Source of the DNA: Octopus sinensis
Lineage: Eukaryota
Length of the DNA stretch: 64,000 bases
Reading direction: 5' to 3'
Assembly (NCBI RefSeq): GCF_006345805.1
Contig: NC_043004.1
Location: forward strand, 21,700,001-21,764,000
Shown here: one piece after another, positions 25,241 to 38,500 of the stretch
How positions within the stretch are numbered: the first letter of the stretch is position 1
Layout: each line of letters begins with the position of its first letter
Notes under the pieces: generated by a model
Database searches by the model: none
The model's input: only the letters and a program-made list of their open reading frames with translations
Told to the model about the DNA's origin: nothing
Program-made: the position numbers and the translations under genes

Positions 25241-25433
25241 GGTCATCCACGAATAATGCGATTTTTTCAATTGCAAGAACTGAAATCGGAGGGGATGAGA
25301 TAACCTACTTGCATCAACTTGCTATAAAAGCAGATAGTAATTATACCATGTCCTTATTCTTAGTGCAAGTTTCGAAGAGTGCAGTTCGATTTTAACAGTT
25401 CTTTTTTCAAAGCTATAATATAATATAATATAT

Positions 25434-25522
<89 letters not shown>

Positions 25523-26445
25523 GGGGATCGGACAATAAGCGTAAGTCAGTGTCAATGGTACTTCCAGAAATTCCGAACCGGAAACTACAGCCTAGAAGAC
25601 GAGCCTCATTCTGCAAGATCTGTAGAACTTGACGAGGACATCCTGCCAACCCTGGTGGAACAAAATCTCATCGTAATTGTCGAGGAACTAGCGGAGAAGC
25701 TTGGATTTGGTCATTCAACCATTCATCGACACTTGCGTTCCATCGGAAAAGTTAGCAAATTGGGTCAATGGGCCCCTCACAAACCTTCGGTGTCTAACCA
25801 TGCGCAGAGAGTGAATATTTGCTCTTTTTTGCTGTCATGTCTCACAAATGAATATTTCTGGACCAAATAGTGACTAGTGACGAGAAATGGGTGCTCTATA
25901 AAAATGTCAAAGCGAAGATAGTGGGAAGAGAAAGGAGAAACATCGGCACTCTAGGCTAAAGAAGGTCTTCACCCACGTAAGGTGTTGTTATCTGTATGGG
26001 GAGGATATGAAAGGTTTAGTCGACTTTGAACTTTTAAATCCAAACCAGACGATAACAAAAGAGTTCTACCGCGGGCAGCTTGTGTGGCTTTAGTCACGCT
26101 AGAAAAAAACGACCATCTTTGGTTTCAAGACGAAAGGCATTTTACAGGATAATGCTTGGTCACGTACAACGAGGATGACATTCCAAAGGCTGTTGCAATT
26201 TTAATCTGAAATGATGCCCCACCCACCGTATTCACCGGACACTGGCCCATTTAATTATCATTTATTCTACAGTCTTCAAAATCCTTTGGACTGAAAAAAT
26301 ATGAATTTTTTCGACGAGGTAAGAACAGTACTGGAGGAGTAATTTATGTTACGGACAAGTGAATTTTGGAAGAGGGTCTTTGCAAGTCTACCAGATAGAT
26401 GGATAAGCACTGTAGGAAATGAAGGAGAGTGTATTTTTAGAGTTA
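25523..26445 (+). mobile_element. Mariner transposase pseudogene, 5' end lost at a (TA)n array
   Basis: LEDEPHSAR, GQWAPHK (WVPHEL motif), IVTSDEKWVLY, QDNAWSRT (HDNARPH), PHPPYSPDTGP; multiple stops and frameshifts. Confidence 0.9.
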
Positions 26446-26489
26446 AAAAGAACTTTGCTAATCTTAATTTTGCATATATTTGTATACAT

Positions 26490-26712
26490 GTATATATCTG
26501 TGTGTGTGCCTATGTTTGTTCCGCCACTATCGCATGACAACCAATGTTGGTTACGACACCAAGACTTAGTGGTTACGGAAAGACAGTGATAGAATAAGGA
26601 CTAGGCTTACAAAGAATAAGTCCTGGCGTCAATTTCTTCGAGTAAACATGGTGATCCAGCATGGCCGCAGTCAAATGACTGAAAGAAGCGAACCAATAAA
26701 AGAATAAAAGAG
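26490..26712 (+). mobile_element. SINE 3' half
   Basis: tcgcatgacaaccaatgttgg...ccagcatggccgcagtcaaatgactgaaa. Confidence 0.8.
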
Positions 26713-27009
26713 AATATATATATGTATTTATATATCTATATATATATATATATCATTATAATTATGTCAAGGGAGCTATGGCGAAAACGACCTATTTCCA
26801 GCATGCTTCAAGTGCCGATACCTTCAAAACCTGTCAAGGACTCCAGCTGAAAATATACACATGACTTAAATCGGGCTTGTGAGAGAAAATTTAAAAGACC
26901 ACATGTTAATTGTGAATTGGTTACAATTTCTGAATTAAGCCCAAACTAAATAAACTTTTTTCCTTCAACACAATACACGGAGGGAAATATAAGTTCAAAT
27001 AACTATAAC

Positions 27010-27056
<47 letters not shown>

Positions 27057-27059
<3 letters not shown>

Positions 27060-27835
27060 GGTTTTTTTTGCGAGAGAGAAACAGCACCATGACACAATTA
27101 ACTGTGCCAGAAATTTGGCAACGACATGCTGTGCTGCTTGGCATTCGCGTTAGACGCTCCAATACGAAGATTTCAGAGTGTTTTGATGTCAATATGCGGA
27201 CAGTGCATGTACCGAGAGTGATGGAAATTAAACAATGAGTCAACATCATGGTGTTTCGAGTGATTACTAGTAATGACGACGTTATGCCTTCATTCATCTT
27301 CCAATGCCGTCTCGCACTCAACACGGAGGCCTACATCATGTGCCTGGAGGAAATAGTGCTACTCTGGGTCAAGAGGGTGGCTGCTGGAACACCCTATAAC
27401 TGGCAACAAGATTCTACACTATTTCACAAAAGCAGGTGAACTCAGTCATGAGTGTTAGATAATTTCTGCGACCACATCTGCCGCAAAATCTGGCCATTTA
27501 GCTCCCCAAACTGCAACCTCCTTGATTATTATATGTGGTACGCAGTTGAACGATAGACCAGCAAAACTCCTTGTAACATCAAAGATGAACTGAAGGGAAG
27601 GATTATGGCAGCATTCACCAACTTAAACAAGGACGCAGTCTAGAAGAGTTTCATGAGATTCCGAATATATCTGGAGGCCGTGTTTGAAGCCAATGTCCAT
27701 TTTACGAACTAAATTTACTCCTGAGTTTTTCAAGATATTTTAAAGTAATTTTGATATATATATCTGTTAAAATGAGATGTCAGTGTTATTTTCACTTTTG
27801 CGTTATTTAAACGACGTATTAATCACCGCACCCTG
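27057..27835 (+). mobile_element. maT-type (DD37D) Tc1/mariner deletion derivative
   Basis: TA|cagggt ... accctg|TA ends; MVFRVITSND, WQQDS...WPFSSPNCNLLDYY with 37 residues between the second and third Asp. Confidence 0.85.
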
Positions 27836-27880
27836 TACGTGTATATATATATGGATAATAATAATAATAATAATAATAAT

Positions 27881-27911
<31 letters not shown>

Positions 27912-27970
27912 CTGATCTTTATTTTAGAGCGTGCTTTTACACAGCGATTTATCCACGCACATATCTATAC

Positions 27971-28013
<43 letters not shown>

Positions 28014-28019
28014 ATATAT

Positions 28020-28166
28020 ATGTAGGTCCCGGGTTGAGTCGGGGTTAACCACAGTAAATAAGGTACTCAATACATAGTAGAGTAAATTAATTTATTTTAT
28101 AGAAGGAGCTTCTACAGGACTAGAACTGTTTCATTCAAATGAAATCATCAGGAAACATTTAAGGTT

Positions 28167-28170
<4 letters not shown>
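28020..28170 (-). mobile_element. Short repeat fragment with a hammerhead-like core (possible Penelope pLTR)
   Basis: Minus strand CTGATGA tttcatttgaat GAAA cagtt at 28124-28151; lies between (TA)n arrays. Confidence 0.4.
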
Positions 28171-28224
<54 letters not shown>

Positions 28225-28225
<1 letters not shown>

Positions 28226-28495
28226 GTGTGTGTGTGTGTGCGTGTGTGTGTGCGCGCATGTATGCATTTGTGTTTGTGTGTGGGTTTGTGTCTGTCTTTG
28301 TCCCCCACCCCCGCTTGACAAAAGTGGTGACGTGATTACGTCCCCATAACTTAGAGGTTCGGCACAAGGTCCCGATAGAATAACTACCAGGCTAAAAAAT
28401 AATGAAGTACTGGGGTTAATACATTCGACTAAAATTCTTCAAGGTGAACCCCAGCATGGCCGCAGTCTAATGTCTGAAAGAAGTAAATGATAAAT
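28225..28495 (+). mobile_element. SINE 3' half
   Basis: ccgcttgacaaaagtggtg...ccagcatggccgcagtc. Confidence 0.8.
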
Positions 28496-29186
28496 GGCAA
28501 ATATACATTCCAGACGCTAATTTTAAACGGTTTTACTGTAATAATCTAACTTATACAGTTTGCCTAATGAAAATAGTTCAGAATTATACTGTTAGATAAT
28601 CTCCCTCATCGATTCTAATGTTTTCGAACAGACTTTGTTTCACTTCTCTGCACTTCTTACATAACGCAAGGGATTAACACATGTAACATTCAAGCCTTAT
28701 CTTGAGAGACATTATTTACATTTGCTCACGCAACAATATATTTATAGCATTGTGATTTGACGTATTTTAATGCCGGGTGCAACATAAACCTGCTGTGGTT
28801 TATACTTAAACGCTGAAGTTTTTGTTGTTGGTGGTCATCTGCAAAGCAGATTTTATCTAGAAAACCTATGCTCAAAAAATGTGGCACAACTATGCCATTT
28901 ATTCTTATTACAAATATCAAGAAACACATACATAATATATATTCTGTATATATGAGCATACTATATGGTTAGGATGTGAAAGCCGAAGTAACGACAAACG
29001 ACATGTGTCTGGAAGGTGTGAATGACTTCCTATTACCATAAAGCTATCCTGGAACTAATCCCGGTCATTTGTGAATACAGTCATAACAGTAAACTGACTG
29101 ACATTGCAAATCAAAAATTGTACATTGCATTATCCTGTTTCTAGCACTCTAAGGTATGTTAGAAATATAAACATAATATATATATG

Positions 29187-29239
<53 letters not shown>

Positions 29240-29514
29240 TATATATACACACAGTTGCAACACTCCTGTCACAACCTGGGACCTTGATGACTGCTATAAC
29301 GCATGAAAGTATACTAGTCCCCTAATATTTTATATTCAAATTTCATCTATTCAATAAGACAATCAATACTTCATTTCATTTCATTTTACTATATTTATAT
29401 TTATACTATATATTCTGTATTCTACATTAATATTATAAAGAATATAAATAAAACATAAAAAACAGACAGAGTTGTAATTTCTTTGAATAATATATATATA
29501 TATATATATATATA

Positions 29515-29685
29515 GGCGCAGGAGTCGTTATGTGGCAAGTAGTAGCTTGCTTACTACCCACATGATTCTAGGTTCAGTCCCACTGCATGGCACCTTGATC
29601 AACTGTCTTCTAATTTAGCCTCGGACTGACCAAAGCCTTGTGAGTGAATTTGGTTTTGGTAGACGGGAACTGAAAGAAACCCGTC

Positions 29686-29784
<99 letters not shown>

Positions 29785-29870
29785 TGCGTGTGTTTATGAG
29801 TTTGTGTTTCTCTCCACCAACATCGCATGACAACCGATACTGGTGTGTTTACGTCCCCATAACTTAGTGT
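29515..29870 (+). mobile_element. tRNA-derived SINE with internal (TA)n expansion
   Basis: ggcgcaggag...ggttcagtcccactgcatggcacc head; (TA)n at ~29687-29781; 3' half truncated. Confidence 0.85.
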
Positions 29871-29899
29871 AACAGCAACAACTCTAACCACGTTATGAA

Positions 29900-31005
29900 G
29901 ACCAAGAAGACCAATGACATCAATAGTGTTGAGATTAAGTCATATGTTGAAGTCCGTACTTAAATGGAGGAATTTGATAAATGCGATCAACACATGAGTG
30001 TTTACAGTCACGTGATATTTTGTTTAAGTTGCCAAGAAGAAAATGAAATTACGAGAAAAATCCTAATTATGGCTGGATTCTTCTTCAAAAGGTAAATGTC
30101 AATCGTTTATGTATGAAACATAAAGTAGTTATCAACTCTGCTTATATGAATGAATACCAAATGTCAATAAGACATCTTTGTACAAAGAGTGAACAAGAAC
30201 TACTGCAATAGCACTGGGACTTATTTGCGTGGAAATGAATAGAGGGCATGTCAATGGAGAAAAATTGTAGAAAACAATAATGCTAGAAAGATGTAGTCAC
30301 GTGGATAGTCCCTGAGGCAGTAGGAACTTAAAAAACAATCACGAACATCGTGACCACATATGTCTTGGTTACTGCTCAACATGGAGCGTTAAACTCAGTC
30401 TGCAAGAGGATCGGTTGCGTCACTTCAGAGAATAAGTGTAGTTTATATAATCAGTGAGTTGGAAATTTTAAGCAATTCGTAGCCGGTTGCAAAATGTTTG
30501 CTCAGAAAGAGTACAAATAATGTTAGAAGATTCTTCTTTGTTTTCCTCAATTTACACAGGAGATTTCGCAAAAACCTTAGATGCCTCACTTTACAAGGAA
30601 GAAAAAGTATCTCTAATTGAATCTGGCAAACAGAAATTTCTAGAAAATTCTAACATCCATACACGGAGAATAATTGAACACTGCAGACATAAACATGCAT
30701 AACATATAAAGAAATAACTCGTAGTTATTAAAGTTCTTTGAGCCAATAACATTGCACCAAAGGAAGTGAAAAAATAGTTTGGAATTATGCCAGTTTAAAA
30801 GTAGAGATATCAAGGATGGGATGAGACTATCAGAAAAAGTGAAATTAGTACCACTTATAATTGGAACATTAAGTTCAATATCCTACAAAATTATTGATAT
30901 CAATTGGTAATTGGAACGGATGGATAGCAAGACAGACATGCAAGTGCTTCATAATATCTCTTCCTTGGAACAGCTTATAGTCTTAGAAAGATACTTTCTG
31001 TCAAT
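29900..31005 (+). mobile_element. Older R4/Dong-type LINE fragment
   Basis: MLKSVLKWRNLINAINT, AQHGAL...KC...VAGCKMFAQKEYK, KVKLVPLIIG, LGTAYSLRKILS: parallels the 2690 copy but is more decayed. Confidence 0.7.
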
Positions 31006-31089
31006 CGTCAAAGCAATAAACCCAATATTTTGCATGCACATTGTGTAATAAAATGTAATAGTTATAAGTACTCATACACAATGAGATTT

Positions 31090-31260
31090 TGGAGGAAGGG
31101 TTTAGTCGATTACATGGACCCTAGTTCTCAAGTGCTTCTTATTTTACCAACCCCGAAACAATAAAAAGGCAAAGTCAACCAGGACGTAATTTGATATCAG
31201 ACTGTAAAGAACCGGAAGAAATGAACGTTATGCATTTTATCCGGCGTGCTTATGGTTTCC
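31090..31260 (-). mobile_element. Diverged SINE copy (23636 family)
   Basis: tagtcgattacatggaccc...aaaggcaaagtcaacc is a diverged reverse complement of the family core. Confidence 0.65.
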
Positions 31261-32070
31261 CAACTCCATGCCTGAATCGTGTCAAATTTTGGCATGAGGT
31301 CAGTAGTTTCAGACGCTGGGAGTTGTTGATTGTATCGACTCCATTACTTTATAGTAGTATAATTCATCGATCTCAACTAGATGAAAGGTAAAGTTTATCT
31401 CAGCAGCATTTGAACACAGAACGTAGAGAACCGGTTAGAAGACCACAAAGCATTTTTTCCGACGTGTAGGAATTCTGCCAACTCACAGCCATGATAATAA
31501 ATGTTTCTGATGGAAGTACAAGGCACGCTAATAGGAAGAGGGTTAGCTGCTACTATAGGCCACAGTATTTAATTGGTACTTTCCTTTACGCACAGTGCTA
31601 GTACTTAATTCAGAAATATCCTCTCTTTTTCATTCTAGAATCAAATTAACGTATAATTTCCCCTTTTCGAGATTGTACGGTGGAATCATTTTGCTGATAT
31701 TTCGAAAAGATTCAATGACAGTATACAAAATACTTTGTCGCATTAAAGTGGAAGGCCTTGACGAAAGTTCAGTGAAAATTATAGTTAGTAGATGACACAT
31801 ACTTAGACCACTTAGCTAGAATCTTCCCTGCGTTGGATCTGGAATTTAAATTGAAACTGCATGCGGGATCGGTATTTAATTTCATGTACATATATATCTA
31901 TGTTCATATTGATGTGTCCATGCCCATGTATATGTAAGTGTCTGAACATGTCGGTATATGCATGGGTATATGCGGGTGGGTTTGTATGTAGTATATACAC
32001 GGATACGCGGATCTCGAAAATAGCTCGATTCAAATGAATCCTAAAAACGATTATATACATACGTACAAAC

Positions 32071-32151
<81 letters not shown>

Positions 32152-32186
32152 CACGTAAGTTTTTATATATCTGCCAGTAACTTAAG

Positions 32187-32451
32187 GGCCGGTTTTCCGG
32201 ATTTTTGTAGTATAGTTTCCCCACCTGGACGGGACGCTGGTCCGTCGCAGGTGAGCTGCTAGATGCAGGAGGAAAGAGTGAGAGAAAGTTGTGGCGAAAG
32301 ATTCAGCAGAAGTTGGCCATTACATTCTGCCGGAGCCGCGTAGAGCTTAGGTGTTTCACTCATAAACATACACATCGCTCGATCTGAGATTCGAACCCGC
32401 GATCCCACGACCGCGAAGCCGCTGCTCTAACCACTAGGCTATGTGCCTCCA
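32187..32451 (-). mobile_element. OR-like SINE with a different 3' tail
   Basis: Head gtggaggcacatagcctagtggttagagcagcgg...ggttcgaatctc; shares the ctttcgccacaactttctctcactcttt core with the 16050 copy; TSD cagta(a/t)cttaag at 32175-32186 and 32452-32463. Confidence 0.85.
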
Positions 32452-32763
32452 CAGTATCTTAAGTACATACGTCAGTTGCTTTGTCTGTATACTATCTATA
32501 ATGCATCTCTTTTATGACTTCATCTTCTCTTTTTATCAGCACATACAGACACACACACATACTGTCCTTCCCTTCTCTTCCCAAAGGGCTCATTTTGATA
32601 AAATATTTCATCTCTCTGCATCCCTGTGCCCTTCTTTTCATTACTTTTTCTTCCTCCATCATCTCTAATCTTGACTCAGTTATTGTATCTCTATCTCGAA
32701 GAATATATACTTCTATCCGTGTATATATACATATGTGTATATTCTTATGTCTGTCTGTCTGTG

Positions 32764-32860
<97 letters not shown>
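32764..32860. repeat. (TATC)n array, left flank of the LINE
   Basis: Direct reading. Confidence 0.98.
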
Positions 32861-33258
32861 CGTTTGATAGTATTCATTGACAGATCAGCTCGTAAGTTAA
32901 CTGCTTATTTTATTGTGTCTTTGAAAAATGTTCGTTTTAATTTTTACACACGGAGTGTGTAAGACACCCAGCTTTCGTCTGGGTGTGTTTTTACCTAGGG
33001 GATTTTGCCCTTAGGGGCATTTTGAGTCCTGTTTTAATATCAAATATTTGTTTCTCCAAGTATTTGCATGTGTGGGCATAGCGTTTCTTTGCGTCTAACG
33101 TATAAACGTATTGTCGACTTTTGTTTACAAAATTTATTTCGGAGTTTTTGAAATTTTGAAGAACCAAACCTTCTTTTGGCTATTTTGAAGTGTGAAATTC
33201 GCCCCTAGGGGCTTTTTCAACACCTAATATTTTTAAAATTTATTTCTCAATAATAAAA

Positions 33259-35435
33259 ATGTCGAGAAATTTGATCATTGATAAAATTTTGTCAAGTTTG
33301 TCTCACGAAAATTTCCCATGTCTTGGAATGACAGAAGGAAAAAAGAACGAATTTTTGAAAAACGAAAAAAAAAAATCAAGTACAAAAAAATTTGAAAAAG
33401 ACATCGCTGTCAACAACAGAGAATTTTGTACAACTATAAATAGTCCTGTCATAACCACCACCACCACCACCTCATCCACTGCCACAACTAACAACAACAA
33501 CAACAATGACAACAAGAATAACAACAATTGCGCCACCCTTTCGATATCTGCTGCCACAGCTGTCTCTTCTGCCACTGACAGCACCGCCAACACCAACAAC
33601 AAAAACAACAATAACAACAACAACAATTCCTTTCAGACTTTGTTTCCTCCAACACCAAGAACTGAAGGAGATAAACAAAAGACCGTGACCACCAAACGAA
33701 TTGACGAAAGCTGCTCAAACGCAGGGACAAATTATGCAAGTAATTTTCCACCCCTTCCTACTTGCACAATCAAACATCAGACACCAAATACACCGAATTT
33801 ACCAACTGCAGCCAACAACAACATCACCACCAGCAACAACAATAACAAAACAACAACAAATTTTGCCGAGGCGATAAAAGAAAAAAGACAACAGTATCTT
33901 TTACTGCACAACAGATAAAATATACCAAAGTTTTAATAACTAAGGAAGATGGCAAGGTTAAAATAAACATACCACAACAAATACTACAAAATGAAAAAAA
34001 AACAACATAATATATCAAATAATCAATAAGAAGACAAAAAGTCCAGAGAAGGCTAACACAAGCAAAATCGAAAAATGCTTGCAACCCATCTGGAATTTCA
34101 AAGAATATGTGACCTGGTGGAACAAGTTTGCATATATACAAGTAGTTTTCCACACTGAAGAGTTAGCAAAACGATTCTCAACGCTAACTCTTCATTCAGA
34201 TGAACTTACAATGATACCTAGCTATCGTGGACAGGGAGTGACTAAGGTCATCTTAAACAATGTTCCACAAATAGCGGACACTCTATGGCTAGCAACGGCC
34301 ATATGTGTGGAAATAGAAGATTTCAAAATTTTACAAACCACGGTCACTGAACACAAAAACTGGGTGGGAAAAAGAGTAGAATTATTACTACACATCAACC
34401 AAGATGATATCAAGAAAATACCCACCCAGATATATATATATCAGAAGACCACAAGTTGTATGTGGTCGTCGAGGGCAGAAGACCACGTTGCTAGATATGC
34501 GGCAGTGAGTAACATCTAAAAAAGATTGCAAATCTGCCGCAAGAAAACAACAGCAACAACAACAGCCGGAAAAACCAAAAAAGCCAGCTTTACTACCCAC
34601 ACCACAGTTTGCACGAACAATAAAAGGACTAATCACAGAAAATCAACAAGAAACAAACCTACCCAACCAAACAACACCACCAACTTCACCAAGAACAGAA
34701 ACAACATCAACAACAACAACCAAGAATAAACCAACTCCCAAACCAAGAACATCTACCAAAAAGACAAGCATCGAAAATGAAGAAACAATTACTACTCCAA
34801 ATCCCCACAAAACACACACCCCAAACACCACAACAAAACTTACAATCGCACAAACACAGAATTCCCACACCCCACCTCCAAAAACCCAAACACCACACCC
34901 TAACGCTCACCAACCAACACCAACAACAAAATCAACACAGTCTAAAGTAAACCCCAATATTTTCCCCTCCCACTCTCTGATTCCTCTGACTTGTCATTAG
35001 ATGAAGATGACACAGAGGATTGGCAAATAGCCACAGGGGGGGGAGAAAAAGGGAGCAAAGAATAGAAAAGATAACGAACAAAGCAGGAAAATTCATCACT
35101 CCCGAAACAAAAAAATCCACAGAAAACGAACACATCAACACAAACACACCATCACCAAACCCCTCAACAATGTTGACAGCCATAAACACACACAACCACG
35201 ACCTAATGGAATACATTAGGTCAAACACCAACATAACTTAAAACGACATAAAAACAAATGACCACCACAACACGTTAAAATAATACACGTAACACAGAAC
35301 AGACACAGCACCCTGAAATCTCTCTACCCTGATGCAGTAGGGATATTTCAAAAATATTTATCAAAGAAACTTTATAAAAACCTCATGGGAGAAGACTGTG
35401 AGGTAAAAAACAAAGAACTTTCGGACAATAAATAA
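33259..35435 (+). pseudogene. LINE ORF1 (frameshifted) with zinc knuckle
   Basis: Long frames 33259-33918 and 34079-34440, then YVVVEGRRPRC*ICGSE*HLKKDC (CX2CX4HX4C) at ~34460-34530; low-complexity T/N-rich tracts. Confidence 0.7.
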
Positions 35436-35505
35436 CCTTTTCTATCTCTCTTTCTTTTTTTTCGCATCTTCTTTTCGTGTGTAAAACACAATTTTTTATA
35501 GGAAC

Positions 35506-38500
35506 ATGCTCAAAATAGGCAGTATAAATGTACGTGGCTTGGGGTCGCCTTGAAAACAAGGCTAGCTGTTAAACGACATCAAGTCACTAAATCTGCATAT
35601 CATAGCCATCAGTGAGACCAGACTCCACAGCTCGCGGGCACTCCAGCACATGTTCGGCACACATTTCAACATTTATTTTTCTCCGTCTCTACCGAGAATG
35701 AGCGGAGGTGGCACCGCGGTGCTTCTCCGGAAGAGTCTGGACCTCAAAGTAAGAGCAATTTTCCTAGATCCAGAGGGTAGACTGGTCGTTTTGGATGTCG
35801 ATTGCAGCAATGAGTGTGCTTTTCGACTGATAACAGTTTATGCACCGTCCTTAACAGGCCGACCAGAATTTTTTCGACGTCTAGAGTCTTTCATGGGAAC
35901 GTCTCGTCCTTTACTTTTAGTGGGGGATTGGAATGCCTCCCTGGACACGCATCTAGACTACGTGGGCAGAGATAGCAATAGAAGGGGATGCAAATGCCTC
36001 AAAGACCTGCTCAGACGTTTCCAACTGTCTGACAGGTACCGATTGGACCACCCGAATGTGCCAATGTGGACATGGAGTAACCGCATCGGCTCGTCCAGAT
36101 CGTACTTAGATAGAGTATTCTGTAGGACAATAGATAAATATAGTGTAGGTTGTCCACAATTTCATATAGTTAGTTACACACATCACAAGTTTGTGACTTG
36201 TACACTTAACTTAGATAAGACACATAGGCAGGGTCCTGGTTACTGGTAGCTGAACGCATCTTTTACAGCACGACAGGTTTACAGGGACCGGATCAGCACA
36301 TTAGTTAAGAGAGCTTTGACGGGTACCATCATCAACAACAGATGGTGGTATGCCCTAAAAAAAGCAATTAAAGCAGAATCAGTCAGATACAGTAAAGCCC
36401 CAGCATTAGACCGAAATAGAATAGAGGGAGACTTAGTTAAGGTTTTAGAAGAGGCACTTAGAACTGGCATCGCGTTCAACGTACTGGCAGCGAGGTTGGC
36501 CCTCGACCAACATCTCAACGCCAAACTCGAAGGATGCTTTGTCAGAGCTAGGATGCGTGCTCTGAGGAACGAAGGAATTGGAGCCGCCCAAGAAGCCCGA
36601 GTGGTGGAGACGCAACGAGGCAACAGAGCCACCGTCAAGTCTCTCACAGATGAACAGGGGCGTGAATTGCTCGAGCCTAAAAGGATGTGTGAGGCTTTTC
36701 AACAACATTTCACCCACCTTTTTGTTACAGTTGTTGGTTCAGAACGCAGAGTGAACTTTAGTGCCTACCTGCATGCCTTGCCACGACTCTCAGCAAGAGA
36801 GGTGGAGTCTTGTGAAAGGCCTATCACATCTGCGGACGTACAGGATGCGATGGCAGGCTGCGCGAGAGACAAGTCACCAGGCTTGGATGGTCTGCCCTAC
36901 GAAATTTATTGTCACATGCCAGACTTGTTTGGCAGCTGTCTACTGCAACTGGCAGCAAAACGGGAGTATCCCTGCTTTTGGAAAGCGAGGAGCAGTGGCA
37001 CGGATTAAGAAAGACCCAAACAAGGGGGGCCGTCATAGATAATTTCAGGCCCATCACTCTGCTCAACGCAGATTTGAAGATTTTGGCCAAGATGTTAGCC
37101 GAGAGGTTGGCGCTTGTCATGAAGAAACTAGTCGACAAGGCGCAAACATGCGCCGTGCCGGGTAGAAGTATTCATGACAACCTCCATCTGATGCGCTACA
37201 TCATAGACAGGGTAGTCAAGAATCCTAGGTGGGGCGCTGATCAATTTGGATCAATCAAAAGCTTTCGATAGGGTAGACCATCACTACTTGGAGGCTGTCC
37301 TGAAAGTGGCTGGTTTCGGTCCAGTTTTCCGCGGTTGGATCGCTGCCTTATACAGCGGCACCTGCTCAGTAGTTCTCATAAATGGTCATCTATCCAGACC
37401 TTTTAACATCATGCGTTCGGTTCGTCAGGGATGCCCGCTCTCATCGCTTCTGTATGTATTGACTCTTGAGCCAATACTGCGGAAACTGGCGACGCTGAGG
37501 GGCACCCCACGAGAGCTGGGATGCGGGAGGAGCGTGTCTGCATACGCGGATGACGTCACCGTCATAGTGTCGTGTTACCAGCACATCGAGCTGGTCGGCG
37601 AGACACTAAAAGAACACGAAGCGGTAACGGGAGCAAAAATTAACCGGGAAAAGTCAGTGGGCTTGCGGCTCGGCATCTGGGAAGCAGGCCCATGCCGTCC
37701 AACAGCGTCTCCATCGTGGGACGCTGGACCGACGGGCCGGTTAAATTGCTCGGGGTCTGGTTCGGTCCGGACCTCTAAATGGAGAAGAACTGGGGCGAAA
37801 TCACGACTAGGGTGGCTACTCTCACCCAGAAATGGGCTGAGAGAAAGCTATCCCTAAAAGTCGGGCGGAGGTGGCGAACGCGTACATCGCATCCGTCATT
37901 GAGTATCGTCTGACCGTCGTGCCTTGTCCCGACCCTACCATCACCAAACTGTGGAAGGGAAACATTCCGATGGTTAACCGATCCATTTGCTGTCAACACC
38001 CGCTAAATGGAGGGCTGGGCATGCCGTGGTTGATGATGCGCAGACATGCGCTGAGACTGCGACATCTCCGGCGCCTCATAGACGACGGTGAACAGGTGTG
38101 GTCACCTTTTGTGCGGCGCGCTTTCCCGCAGCTCGTCTCCTTGGCCGAACTGTAGTCATGGATCAAGCAGAAACCGAGGTTAGGCGAATGGCACCGCGAG
38201 TGTCGCTTTGCTCTCAAGCAACTCTGCCGTCCGGGATCAAACTTGTGCGACTCCATCACAACAAAGGCATTCTATAGAGGATTAGTGGAGGGGAGGTGCG
38301 ACGATGATCTCGGGCAGAGTCTGGGTGTCGACGAGGAACACCTGACCCGCTTGTTTAGGACAACTTTCGGGCCGGGACCTATGAACAATCACCAAAGATC
38401 CCTGGGTGGGGCAGTGCTATCGAGAAGCATTACCTGTTCGGGGTAAGCTCTACTGACACGGTTCCAGACACACTGGACCGACTTGCCCGAGATGCGGTCA

